Notes under the pieces: generated by a model
Database searches by the model: none
What the model saw: the letters and a program-made list of their open reading frames with translations, nothing else
What the model was told of the DNA's origin: nothing
Origin: the human T2T-CHM13v2.0 reference genome, Homo sapiens
Assembly: GCF_009914755.1 (NCBI RefSeq)
Contig: NC_060937.1
Direction: 5' to 3' (one strand)
Length of the DNA: 64,000 nucleotides
Position numbers and translations under genes: made by a program
Part shown: piece after piece, positions 1-10,878 of the stretch
Position numbering within the stretch: the first letter of the stretch is position 1
Layout: each line of letters opens with the position of its first letter

Positions 1-72
1 TCTGTGACTTGAATGCAGATATCACCAAGTAGTTTCTAATAGTGCTTCTGTCTAGATTTTAGATGATGATAT

Positions 73-89
73 TCCCGTTTCCAACGAAA
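73..89 (-). promoter_or_regulatory. CENP-B box 1 of HOR (recurs at the same offset in every unit)
   Basis: TCCCGTTTCCAACGAAA is the reverse complement of TTTCGTTGGAAACGGGA, matching the YTTCGTTGGAARCGGGA consensus. Confidence 0.95.
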
Positions 90-243
90 TCGTTAGAGCT
101 ATCCAAATATCCACTTACAGTTGCTACAAAAACAGTGTTTCCAAACTGCTGCATCAAAAGAAAGGTTCAACTCTGTTAGTTGAGGACACACGTCACAAAG
201 AAGTTTGTGAGAATGCTTCTGTCTAGATTTTGTATGACGATAT

Positions 244-260
244 TCCCTTTTCCAACGATA
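244..260 (-). promoter_or_regulatory. Degenerate (predicted non-binding) CENP-B box
   Basis: TCCCTTTTCCAACGATA lies one monomer (171 bp) from box 1 and has substitutions in both the CGGG and TTCG cores. Confidence 0.8.
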
Positions 261-581
261 TCGTTAAAGCAATCTAAATATCCATTTGCAGAATCCACAA
301 AAATAGAGTTTCAAAGCTGCTCTGTAAAAAGAAAGGTTCCACTCTGTTAGCTGAGTACACACATCACAAACTTGTTTCTCAGAATCCTTCTGTCTCGTTT
401 TTCTGGGAAGATATTTACTTTTTCACCGTAGGCATCAAAGCGCTCCAAATGTCCACATCCAGATACTCCAGAAAGAGTGTTTCAAACCTGCTCTATGAAA
501 GGGAATCTTCAACTCTATGAGTTGAATGCAGACATCAGAAAGAAATTTCTGAGAATGCTGCTGTCTACCTTTTATTTGAAT

Positions 582-598
582 TCCCGCTTCCAACGAAA
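582..598 (-). promoter_or_regulatory. CENP-B box 2 of HOR, abutting an EcoRI site at 578-583
   Basis: TCCCGCTTCCAACGAAA is the reverse complement of TTTCGTTGGAAGCGGGA. Confidence 0.95.
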
Positions 599-921
599 TC
601 CTCCAAGCTATCCAAATATCCACTTGCAGATTCCACAAAAAGAGTGTTTCAAAACTGCTCTCTATCAATGGCAAAGTTCAACTCTGTTAGTTGAGGACAC
701 ATATCACCAACAAGTTTCTGAGAATGCTTCTGTCTATTTTTTATGGGAAGATATTTCCTTTTTCACCGTAGGCGTCAAGGCGATCGAAATGTCCACTTCC
801 ACAAACTACAAAAAGAGTGTTTCAAACCTGCTCTATGAAAGGCCATGTTCATCTCTATGAGTCGAATGGAAATATCCGAAAGAAATTTCTGGGAATGCTG
901 CTGTCTAGTTTTTATACGAAT

Positions 922-938
922 TCCCGCTTCCAACGAAA
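922..938 (-). promoter_or_regulatory. CENP-B box 3 of HOR, abutting an EcoRI site at 918-923
   Basis: TCCCGCTTCCAACGAAA, 340 bp (one dimer) after box 2. The 7-mer has 3 intact boxes and the 11-mer has 5. Confidence 0.95.
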
Positions 939-3900
939 TCCTCAAAGCAATCCAAATATCCACTTGCAGAATCCACAAAAAGAGTGTTTCAAAACTGCTC
1001 TATCAATAGAAAGGTTCAACTCTTTTAGTTGAGTACACACATCACAAACAAGTTTCTGAGAATGCTTCTGTCTGGCTTTTATTGGAAGACGTTTCCTTTT
1101 CACCAAAGGCATCAAAGCGCTCCAAATGTCCACTTCCAGATTCTTCCAAAAGAGTGTTTGAAACGTGCTCAAAGTAAGGGAATGTTCAACTCTGTGACTT
1201 GAATGCAGATATCACCAAGTAGTTTCTAATAGTGCTTCTGTCTAGATTTTAGATGATGATATTCCCGTTTCCAACGAAATCGTTAGAGCTATCCAAATAT
1301 CCACTTACAGTTGCTACAAAAACAGTGTTTCCAAACTGCTGCATCAAAAGAAAGGTTCAACTCTGTTAGTTGAGGACACACGTCACAAAGAAGTTTGTGA
1401 GAATGCTTCTGTCTAGATTTTGTATGACGATATTCCCTTTTCCAACGATATCGTTAAAGCAATCTAAATATCCATTTGCAGAATCCACAAAAATAGAGTT
1501 TCAAAGCTGCTCTGTAAAAAGAAAGGTTCCACTCTGTTAGCTGAGTACACACATCACAAACTTGTTTCTCAGAATCCTTCTGTCTCGTTTTTCTGGGAAG
1601 ATATTTACTTTTTCACCGTAGGCATCAAAGCGCTCCAAATGTCCACATCCAGATACTCCAGAAAGAGTGTTTCAAACCTGCTCTATGAAAGGGAATCTTC
1701 AACTCTATGAGTTGAATGCAGACATCAGAAAGAAATTTCTGAGAATGCTGCTGTCTACCTTTTATTTGAATTCCCGCTTCCAACGAAATCCTCCAAGCTA
1801 TCCAAATATCCACTTGCAGATTCCACAAAAAGAGTGTTTCAAAACTGCTCTCTATCAATGGCAAAGTTCAACTCTGTTAGTTGAGGACACATATCACCAA
1901 CAAGTTTCTGAGAATGCTTCTGTCTATTTTTTATGGGAAGATATTTCCTTTTTCACCGTAGGCGTCAAGGCGATCGAAATGTCCACTTCCACAAACTACA
2001 AAAAGAGTGTTTCAAACCTGCTCTATGAAAGGCCATGTTCATCTCTATGAGTCGAATGGAAATATCCGAAAGAAATTTCTGGGAATGCTGCTGTCTAGTT
2101 TTTATACGAATTCCCGCTTCCAACGAAATCCTCAAAGCAATCCAAATATCCACTTGCAGAATCCACAAAAAGAGTGTTTCAAAACTGCTCTATCAATAGA
2201 AAGGTTCAACTCTTTTAGTTGAGTACACACATCACAAACAAGTTTCTGAGAATGCTTCTGTCTGGCTTTTATTGGAAGACGTTTCCTTTTCACCAAAGGC
2301 ATCAAAGCGCTCCAAATGTCCACTTCCAGATTCTTCCAAAAGAGTGTTTGAAACGTGCTCAAAGTAAGGGAATGTTCAACTCTGTGACTTGAATGCAGAT
2401 ATCACCAAGTAGTTTCTAATAGTGCTTCTGTCTAGATTTTAGATGATGATATTCCCGTTTCCAACGAAATCGTTAGAGCTATCCAAATATCCACTTACAG
2501 TTGCTACAAAAACAGTGTTTCCAAACTGCTGCATCAAAAGAAAGGTTCAACTCTGTTAGTTGAGGACACACGTCACAAAGAAGTTTGTGAGAATGCTTCT
2601 GTCTAGATTTTGTATGACGATATTCCCTTTTCCAACGATATCGTTAAAGCAATCTAAATATCCATTTGCAGAATCCACAAAAATAGAGTTTCAAAGCTGC
2701 TCTGTAAAAAGAAAGGTTCCACTCTGTTAGCTGAGTACACACATCACAAACTTGTTTCTCAGAATCCTTCTGTCTCGTTTTTCTGGGAAGATATTTACTT
2801 TTTCACCGTAGGCATCAAAGCGCTCCAAATGTCCACATCCAGATACTCCAGAAAGAGTGTTTCAAACCTGCTCTATGAAAGGGAATCTTCAACTCTATGA
2901 GTTGAATGCAGACATCAGAAAGAAATTTCTGAGAATGCTGCTGTCTACCTTTTATTTGAATTCCCGCTTCCAACGAAATCCTCCAAGCTATCCAAATATC
3001 CACTTGCAGATTCCACAAAAAGAGTGTTTCAAAACTGCTCTCTATCAATGGCAAAGTTCAACTCTGTTAGTTGAGGACACATATCACCAACAAGTTTCTG
3101 AGAATGCTTCTGTCTATTTTTTATGGGAAGATATTTCCTTTTTCACCGTAGGCGTCAAGGCGATCGAAATGTCCACTTCCACAAACTACAAAAAGAGTGT
3201 TTCAAACCTGCTCTATGAAAGGCCATGTTCATCTCTATGAGTCGAATGGAAATATCCGAAAGAAATTTCTGGGAATGCTGCTGTCTAGTTTTTATACGAA
3301 TTCCCGCTTCCAACGAAATCCTCAAAGCAATCCAAATATCCACTTGCAGAATCCACAAAAAGAGTGTTTCAAAACTGCTCTATCAATAGAAAGGTTCAAC
3401 TCTTTTAGTTGAGTACACACATCACAAACAAGTTTCTGAGAATGCTTCTGTCTGGCTTTTATTGGAAGACGTTTCCTTTTCACCAAAGGCATCAAAGCGC
3501 TCCAAATGTCCACTTCCAGATTCTTCCAAAAGAGTGTTTGAAACGTGCTCAAAGTAAGGGAATGTTCAACTCTGTGACTTGAATGCAGATATCACCAAGT
3601 AGTTTCTAATAGTGCTTCTGTCTAGATTTTAGATGATGATATTCCCGTTTCCAACGAAATCGTTAGAGCTATCCAAATATCCACTTACAGTTGCTACAAA
3701 AAGAGTGTTTCCAAACTGCTGCATCAAAAGAAAGGTTCAACTCTGTTAGTTGAGGACACACGTCACAAAGAAGTTTGTGAGAATGCTTCTGTCTAGATTT
3801 TGTATGACGATATTCCCTTTTCCAACGATATCGTTAAAGCAATCTAAATATCCATTTGCAGAATCCACAAAAATAGAGTTTCAAAGCTGCTCTGTAAAAA

Positions 3901-4760
3901 GAAAGGTTCCACTCTGTTAGCTGAGTACACACATCACAAACTTGTTTCTCAGAATCCTTCTGTCTCGTTTTTCTGGGAAGATATTTACTTTTTCACCGTG
4001 GGCATCAAAGCGCTCCAAATGTCCACATCCAGATACTCCAGAAAGAGTGTTTCAAACCTGCTCTATGAAAGGGAATCTTCAACTCTATGAGTTGAATGCA
4101 GACATCAGAAAGAAATTTCTGAGAATGCTGCTGTCTACCTTTTATTTGAATTCCCGCTTCCAACGAAATCCTCCAAGCTATCCAAATATCCACTTGCAGA
4201 TTCCACAAAAAGAGTGTTTCAAAACTGCTCTCTATCAATGGCAAAGTTCAACTCTGTTAGTTGAGGACACATATCACCAACAAGTTTCTGAGAATGCTTC
4301 TGTCTATTTTTTATGGGAAGATATTTCCTTTTTCACCGTAGGCGTCAAGGCGATCGAAATGTCCACTTCCACAAACTACAAAAAGAGTGTTTCAAACCTG
4401 CTCTATGAAAGGCCATGTTCATCTCTATGAGTCGAATGGAAATATCCGAAAGAAATTTCTGGGAATGCTGCTGTCTAGTTTTTATACGAATTCCCGCTTC
4501 CAACGAAATCCTCAAAGCAATCCAAATATCCACTTGCAGAATCCACAAAAAGAGTGTTTCAAAACTGCTCTATCAATAGAAAGGTTCAACTCTTTTAGTT
4601 GAGTACACACATCACAAACAAGTTTCTGAGAATGCTTCTGTCTGGCTTTTATTGGAAGACGTTTCCTTTTCACCAAAGGCATCAAAGCGCTCCAAATGTC
4701 CACTTCCAGATTCTTCCAAAAGAGTGTTTGAAACGTGCCCAAAGTAAGGGAATGTTCAAC

Positions 4761-6628
4761 TCTGTGACTTGAATGCAGATATCACCAAGTAGTTTCTAAT
4801 AGTGCTTCTGTCTAGATTTTAGATGATGATATTCCCGTTTCCAACGAAATCGTTAGAGCTATCCAAATATCCACTTACAGTTTCTACAAAAAGAGTGTTT
4901 CCAAACTGCTGCATCAAAAGAAAGGTTCAACTCTGTTAGTTGAGGACACACATCACAAAGAAGTTTGTGAGAATGCTTCTGTCTAGATTTTGTATGACCA
5001 TATTCCCTTTCCCAGCGATATCATTAAAGCAATCTAAATATCCATTTGCAGAATCCACAAAAATAGAGTTTCAAAGCTGCTCTGTAAAAAGAAAGGTTCC
5101 ACTCTGTTAGCTGAGTACACACATCACAAACTTGTTTCTGAGAATCCTTCTGTCTCGTTTTTATGGGAAGATATTTACTTTTTCACCGTAGGCATCAAAG
5201 CGCTCCAAATGTCCACATCCAGATACTCCAGAAAGAGTGTTTCAAACCTGCTCTATGAAAGGGAATCTTCAACTCTATGAGTTGAATGCAGACATCAGAA
5301 AGAAATTTCTGAGAATGCTGCTGTCTACCTTTTATTTGAACTCCCGCTTCCAACGAAATCCTCCAAGCTATCCAAATATCCACTTGCATTTTCCACAAAA
5401 AGAGTGCTTCAAAACTGCTCTATCAATAAATGTTCAACTCCTTTAGCTGGGTGCACACATCACAAACAAGTTTCTGAGAATGCTTCTGTCTAGTTTTTAT
5501 GGGAAGACATTCCCTTTTTCACCAAAGGCATCAAAGCGCTCCAAATGTCCACTTCCAGACACTACAAAAAGAGTGTTTCCAACGTGCTCTAAGAAAGCGA
5601 ATGTTCAACTCTGTGACTTGAATGCAGATATCACAAAGTAGTTTCTGAGAGGGCTTCTGTCTAGATTTTAGATGATTATATTCCCGTTTCCAACGAAATC
5701 ATTAGAGCTATCCAAATATCCACTTACAGTTTCTACAAAAAGAGTGTTTCCAAACTGCTGCATCAAAAGAGAGGTTCCACTCTGTTAGCTGAGTACACAC
5801 ATCACAAACTTGTTTCTGAGAATCCTTCTGTGTCGTTTTTCTGGGAAGATATTTACTTTTTCACCGTAGGCATCAAAGCGCTCCAAATGTCCACATCCAG
5901 ATACTCCAGAAAGAGTGTTTCAAACCTGCTCTATGAAAGGGAATCTTCAACTCTATGAGTTGAATGCAGACATCAGAAAGAAATTTCTGAGAATGCTGCT
6001 GTCTACCTTTTATTTGAATTCCCGCTTCCAACGAAATCCTCCAAGCTATCCAAATATCCACTTGCAGATTCCACAAAAAGAGTGTTTCAAAACTGCTCTC
6101 TATCAATGGCAAAGTTCAACTCTGTTAGTTGAGGACACATATCACCAACAAGTTTCTGAGAATGCTTCTGTCTATTTTTTATGGGAAGATATTTCCTTTT
6201 TCACCGTAGGCGTCAAGGCGATCGAAATGTCCACTTCCACAAACTACAAAAAGAGTGTTTCAAACCTGCTCTATGAAAGGCCATGTTCATCTCTATGAGT
6301 CGAATGGAAATATCCGAAAGAAATTTCTGGGAATGCTGCTGTCTAGTTTTTATACGAATTCCCGCTTCCAACGAAATCCTCAAAGCAATCCAAATATCCA
6401 CTTGCAGAATCCACAAAAAGAGTGTTTCAAAACTGCTCTATCAATAGAAAGGTTCAACTCTTTTAGTTGAGTACACACATCACAAACAAGTTTCTGAGAA
6501 TGCTTCTGTCTGGCTTTTATTGGAAGACGTTTCCTTTTCACCAAAGGCATCAAAGCGCTCCAAATGTCCACTTCCAGATTCTTCCAAAAGAGTGTTTGAA
6601 ACGTGCTCAAAGTAAGGGAATGTTCAAC
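4761..6628 (-). repeat. 11-mer HOR, type A (1868 bp)
   Basis: Extra 678-bp tetramer. Markers GAACTCCC (5341), AGTGCTTC, CAATAAATG, TTTAGCTGGGTGCAC. Confidence 0.93.
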
Positions 6629-8498
6629 TCTGTGACTTGAATGCAGATATCACCAAGTAGTTTCTAATAGTGCTTCTGTCTAGATTTTAGATGATGATAT
6701 TCCCGTTTCCAACGAAATCGTTAGAGCTATCCAAATATCCACTTACAGTTGCTACAAAAACAGTGTTTCCAAACTGCTGCATCAAAAGAAAGGTTCAACT
6801 CTGTTAGTTGAGGACACACGTCACAAAGAAGTTTGTGAGAATGCTTCTGTCTAGATTTTGTATGACGATATTCCCTTTTCCAACGATATCGTTAAAGCAA
6901 TCTAAATATCCATTTGCAGAATCCACAAAAATAGAGTTTCAAAGCTGCTCTGTAAAAAGAAAGGTTCCACTCTGTTAGCTGAGTACACACATCACAAACT
7001 TGTTTCTCAGAATCCTTCTGTCTCGTTTTTCTGGGAAGATATTTACTTTTTCACCGTAGGCATCAAAGCGCTCCAAATGTCCACATCCAGATACTCCAGA
7101 AAGAGTGTTTCAAACCTGCTCTATGAAAGGGAATCTTCAACTCTATGAGTTGAATGCAGACATCAGAAAGAAATTTCTGAGAATGCTGCTGTCTACCTTT
7201 TATTTGAATTCCCGCTTCCAACGAAATCCTCCAAGCTATCCAAATATCCACCTGCATTTTCCACAAAAAGAGCGTTTCAAAACTGCTCTATCAATAGAAA
7301 TGTTCAACTCCTTTGGCTGGGTACACACATCACAAACAAGTTTCTGAGAATGCTTCTGTCTAGTTTTTATGGGAAGACATTCCCTTTTTCACCAAAGGCA
7401 TCAAAGCGCTCCAAATGTCCACTTCCAGACACTACAAAAAGAGTGTTTCCAACGTGCTCTAAGAAAGCGAATGTTCAACTCTGTGACTTGAATGCAGATA
7501 TCACAAAGTAGTTTCTGAGAGGGCTTCTGTCTAGATTTTAGATGATGATATTCCCGTTTCCAACGAAATCATTAGAGCTATCCAAATATCCACTTACAGT
7601 TTCTACAAAAAGAGTGTTTCCAAACTGCTGCATCAAAAGAGAGGTTCCACTCTGTTAGCTGAGTACACACATCACAAACTTGTTTCTCAGAATCCTTCTG
7701 TCTCGTTTTTCTGGGAAGATATTTACTTTTTCACCGTAGGCATCAAAGCGCTCCAAATGTCCACATCCAGATACTCCAGAAAGAGTGTTTCAAACCTGCT
7801 CTATGAAAGGGAATCTTCAACTCTATGAGTTGAATGCAGACATCAGAAAGAAATTTCTGAGAATGCTGCTGTCTACCTTTTATTTGAATTCCCGCTTCCA
7901 ACGAAATCCTCCAAGCTATCCAAATATCCACTTGCAGATTCCACAAAAAGAGTGTTTCAAAACTGCTCTCTATCAATGGCAAAGTTCAACTCTGTTAGTT
8001 GAGGACACATATCACCAACAAGTTTCTGAGAATGCTTCTGTCTATTTTTTATGGGAAGATATTTCCTTTTTCACCGTAGGCGTCAAGGCGATCGAAATGT
8101 CCACTTCCACAAACTACAAAAAGAGTGTTTCAAACCTGCTCTATGAAAGGCCATGTTCATCTCTATGAGTCGAATGGAAATATCCGAAAGAAATTTCTGG
8201 GAATGCTGCTGTCTAGTTTTTATACGAATTCCCGCTTCCAACGAAATCCTCAAAGCAATCCAAATATCCACTTGCAGAATCCACAAAAAGAGTGTTTCAA
8301 AACTGCTCTATCAATAGAAAGGTTCAACTCTTTTAGTTGAGTACACACATCACAAACAAGTTTCTGAGAATGCTTCTGTCTGGCTTTTATTGGAAGACGT
8401 TTCCTTTTCACCAAAGGCATCAAAGCGCTCCAAATGTCCACTTCCAGATTCTTCCAAAAGAGTGTTTGAAACGTGCTCAAAGTAAGGGAATGTTCAAC
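6629..8498 (-). repeat. 11-mer HOR, type B (1870 bp)
   Basis: Extra 680-bp tetramer. Markers CCACCTGC, AGCGTTTC, CAATAGAAATG, TTTGGCTGGGTACAC. Confidence 0.93.
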
Positions 8499-10878
8499 TC
8501 TGTGACTTGAATGCAGATATCACCAAGTAGTTTCTAATAGTGCTTCTGTCTAGATTTTAGATGATGATATTCCCGTTTCCAACGAAATCGTTAGAGCTAT
8601 CCAAATATCCACTTACAGTTGCTACAAAAACAGTGTTTCCAAACTGCTGCATCAAAAGAAAGGTTCAACTCTGTTAGTTGAGGACACACGTCACAAAGAA
8701 GTTTGTGAGAATGCTTCTGTCTAGATTTTGTATGACGATATTCCCTTTTCCAACGATATCGTTAAAGCAATCTAAATATCCATTTGCAGAATCCACAAAA
8801 ATAGAGTTTCAAAGCTGCTCTGTAAAAAGAAAGGTTCCACTCTGTTAGCTGAGTACACACATCACAAACTTGTTTCTCAGAATCCTTCTGTCTCGTTTTT
8901 CTGGGAAGATATTTACTTTTTCACCGTAGGCATCAAAGCGCTCCAAATGTCCACATCCAGATACTCCAGAAAGAGTGTTTCAAACCTGCTCTATGAAAGG
9001 GAATCTTCAACTCTATGAGTTGAATGCAGACATCAGAAAGAAATTTCTGAGAATGCTGCTGTCTACCTTTTATTTGAATTCCCGCTTCCAACGAAATCCT
9101 CCAAGCTATCCAAATATCCACTTGCAGATTCCACAAAAAGAGTGTTTCAAAACTGCTCTCTATCAATGGCAAAGTTCAACTCTGTTAGTTGAGGACACAT
9201 ATCACCAACAAGTTTCTGAGAATGCTTCTGTCTATTTTTTATGGGAAGATATTTCCTTTTTCACCGTAGGCGTCAAGGCGATCGAAATGTCCACTTCCAC
9301 AAACTACAAAAAGAGTGTTTCAAACCTGCTCTATGAAAGGCCATGTTCATCTCTATGAGTCGAATGGAAATATCCGAAAGAAATTTCTGGGAATGCTGCT
9401 GTCTAGTTTTTATACGAATTCCCGCTTCCAACGAAATCCTCAAAGCAATCCAAATATCCACTTGCAGAATCCACAAAAAGAGTGTTTCAAAACTGCTCTA
9501 TCAATAGAAAGGTTCAACTCTTTTAGTTGAGTACACACATCACAAACAAGTTTCTGAGAATGCTTCTGTCTGGCTTTTATTGGAAGACGTTTCCTTTTCA
9601 CCAAAGGCATCAAAGCGCTCCAAATGTCCACTTCCAGATTCTTCCAAAAGAGTGTTTGAAACGTGCTCAAAGTAAGGGAATGTTCAACTCTGTGACTTGA
9701 ATGCAGATATCACCAAGTAGTTTCTAATAGTGCTTCTGTCTAGATTTTAGATGATGATATTCCCGTTTCCAACGAAATCGTTAGAGCTATCCAAATATCC
9801 ACTTACAGTTGCTACAAAAACAGTGTTTCCAAACTGCTGCATCAAAAGAAAGGTTCAACTCTGTTAGTTGAGGACACACGTCACAAAGAAGTTTGTGAGA
9901 ATGCTTCTGTCTAGATTTTGTATGACGATATTCCCTTTTCCAACGATATCGTTAAAGCAATCTAAATATCCATTTGCAGAATCCACAAAAATAGAGTTTC
10001 AAAGCTGCTCTGTAAAAAGAAAGGTTCCACTCTGTTAGCTGAGTACACACATCACAAACTTGTTTCTCAGAATCCTTCTGTCTCGTTTTTCTGGGAAGAT
10101 ATTTACTTTTTCACCGTAGGCATCAAAGCGCTCCAAATGTCCACATCCAGATACTCCAGAAAGAGTGTTTCAAACCTGCTCTATGAAAGGGAATCTTCAA
10201 CTCTATGAGTTGAATGCAGACATCAGAAAGAAATTTCTGAGAATGCTGCTGTCTACCTTTTATTTGAATTCCCGCTTCCAACGAAATCCTCCAAGCTATC
10301 CAAATATCCACTTGCAGATTCCACAAAAAGAGTGTTTCAAAACTGCTCTCTATCAATGGCAAAGTTCAACTCTGTTAGTTGAGGACACATATCACCAACA
10401 AGTTTCTGAGAATGCTTCTGTCTATTTTTTATGGGAAGATATTTCCTTTTTCACCGTAGGCGTCAAGGCGATCGAAATGTCCACTTCCACAAACTACAAA
10501 AAGAGTGTTTCAAACCTGCTCTATGAAAGGCCATGTTCATCTCTATGAGTCGAATGGAAATATCCGAAAGAAATTTCTGGGAATGCTGCTGTCTAGTTTT
10601 TATACGAATTCCCGCTTCCAACGAAATCCTCAAAGCAATCCAAATATCCACTTGCAGAATCCACAAAAAGAGTGTTTCAAAACTGCTCTATCAATAGAAA
10701 GGTTCAACTCTTTTAGTTGAGTACACACATCACAAACAAGTTTCTGAGAATGCTTCTGTCTGGCTTTTATTGGAAGACGTTTCCTTTTCACCAAAGGCAT
10801 CAAAGCGCTCCAAATGTCCACTTCCAGATTCTTCCAAAAGAGTGTTTGAAACGTGCTCAAAGTAAGGGAATGTTCAAC
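8499..10878 (-). repeat. 2 tandem 7-mer HORs
   Basis: 1190-bp period (ORF anchors 8933, 10123). Confidence 0.93.

Larger units (their letters stand above)
1..4760 (-). repeat. 4 tandem 7-mer HORs (1190 bp each; starts 1, 1191, 2381, 3571)
   Basis: Sequence and ORF track repeat at +1190 (435/1625/2815/4005). Unit phase is set arbitrarily at window position 1. Confidence 0.95.

Noticed and set aside
3942-4430. Longest ORF (162 aa), unique in the window
   Set aside because: It results from a single A>G at 4000 that removes a TAG stop in one repeat copy, and there is no coding evidence.
5341-5341. T>C in A-type units next to CENP-B box 2 as a possible box-inactivating change
   Set aside because: It lies one base outside the 17-bp box (5342-5358), which remains intact. 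It only removes the EcoRI site.
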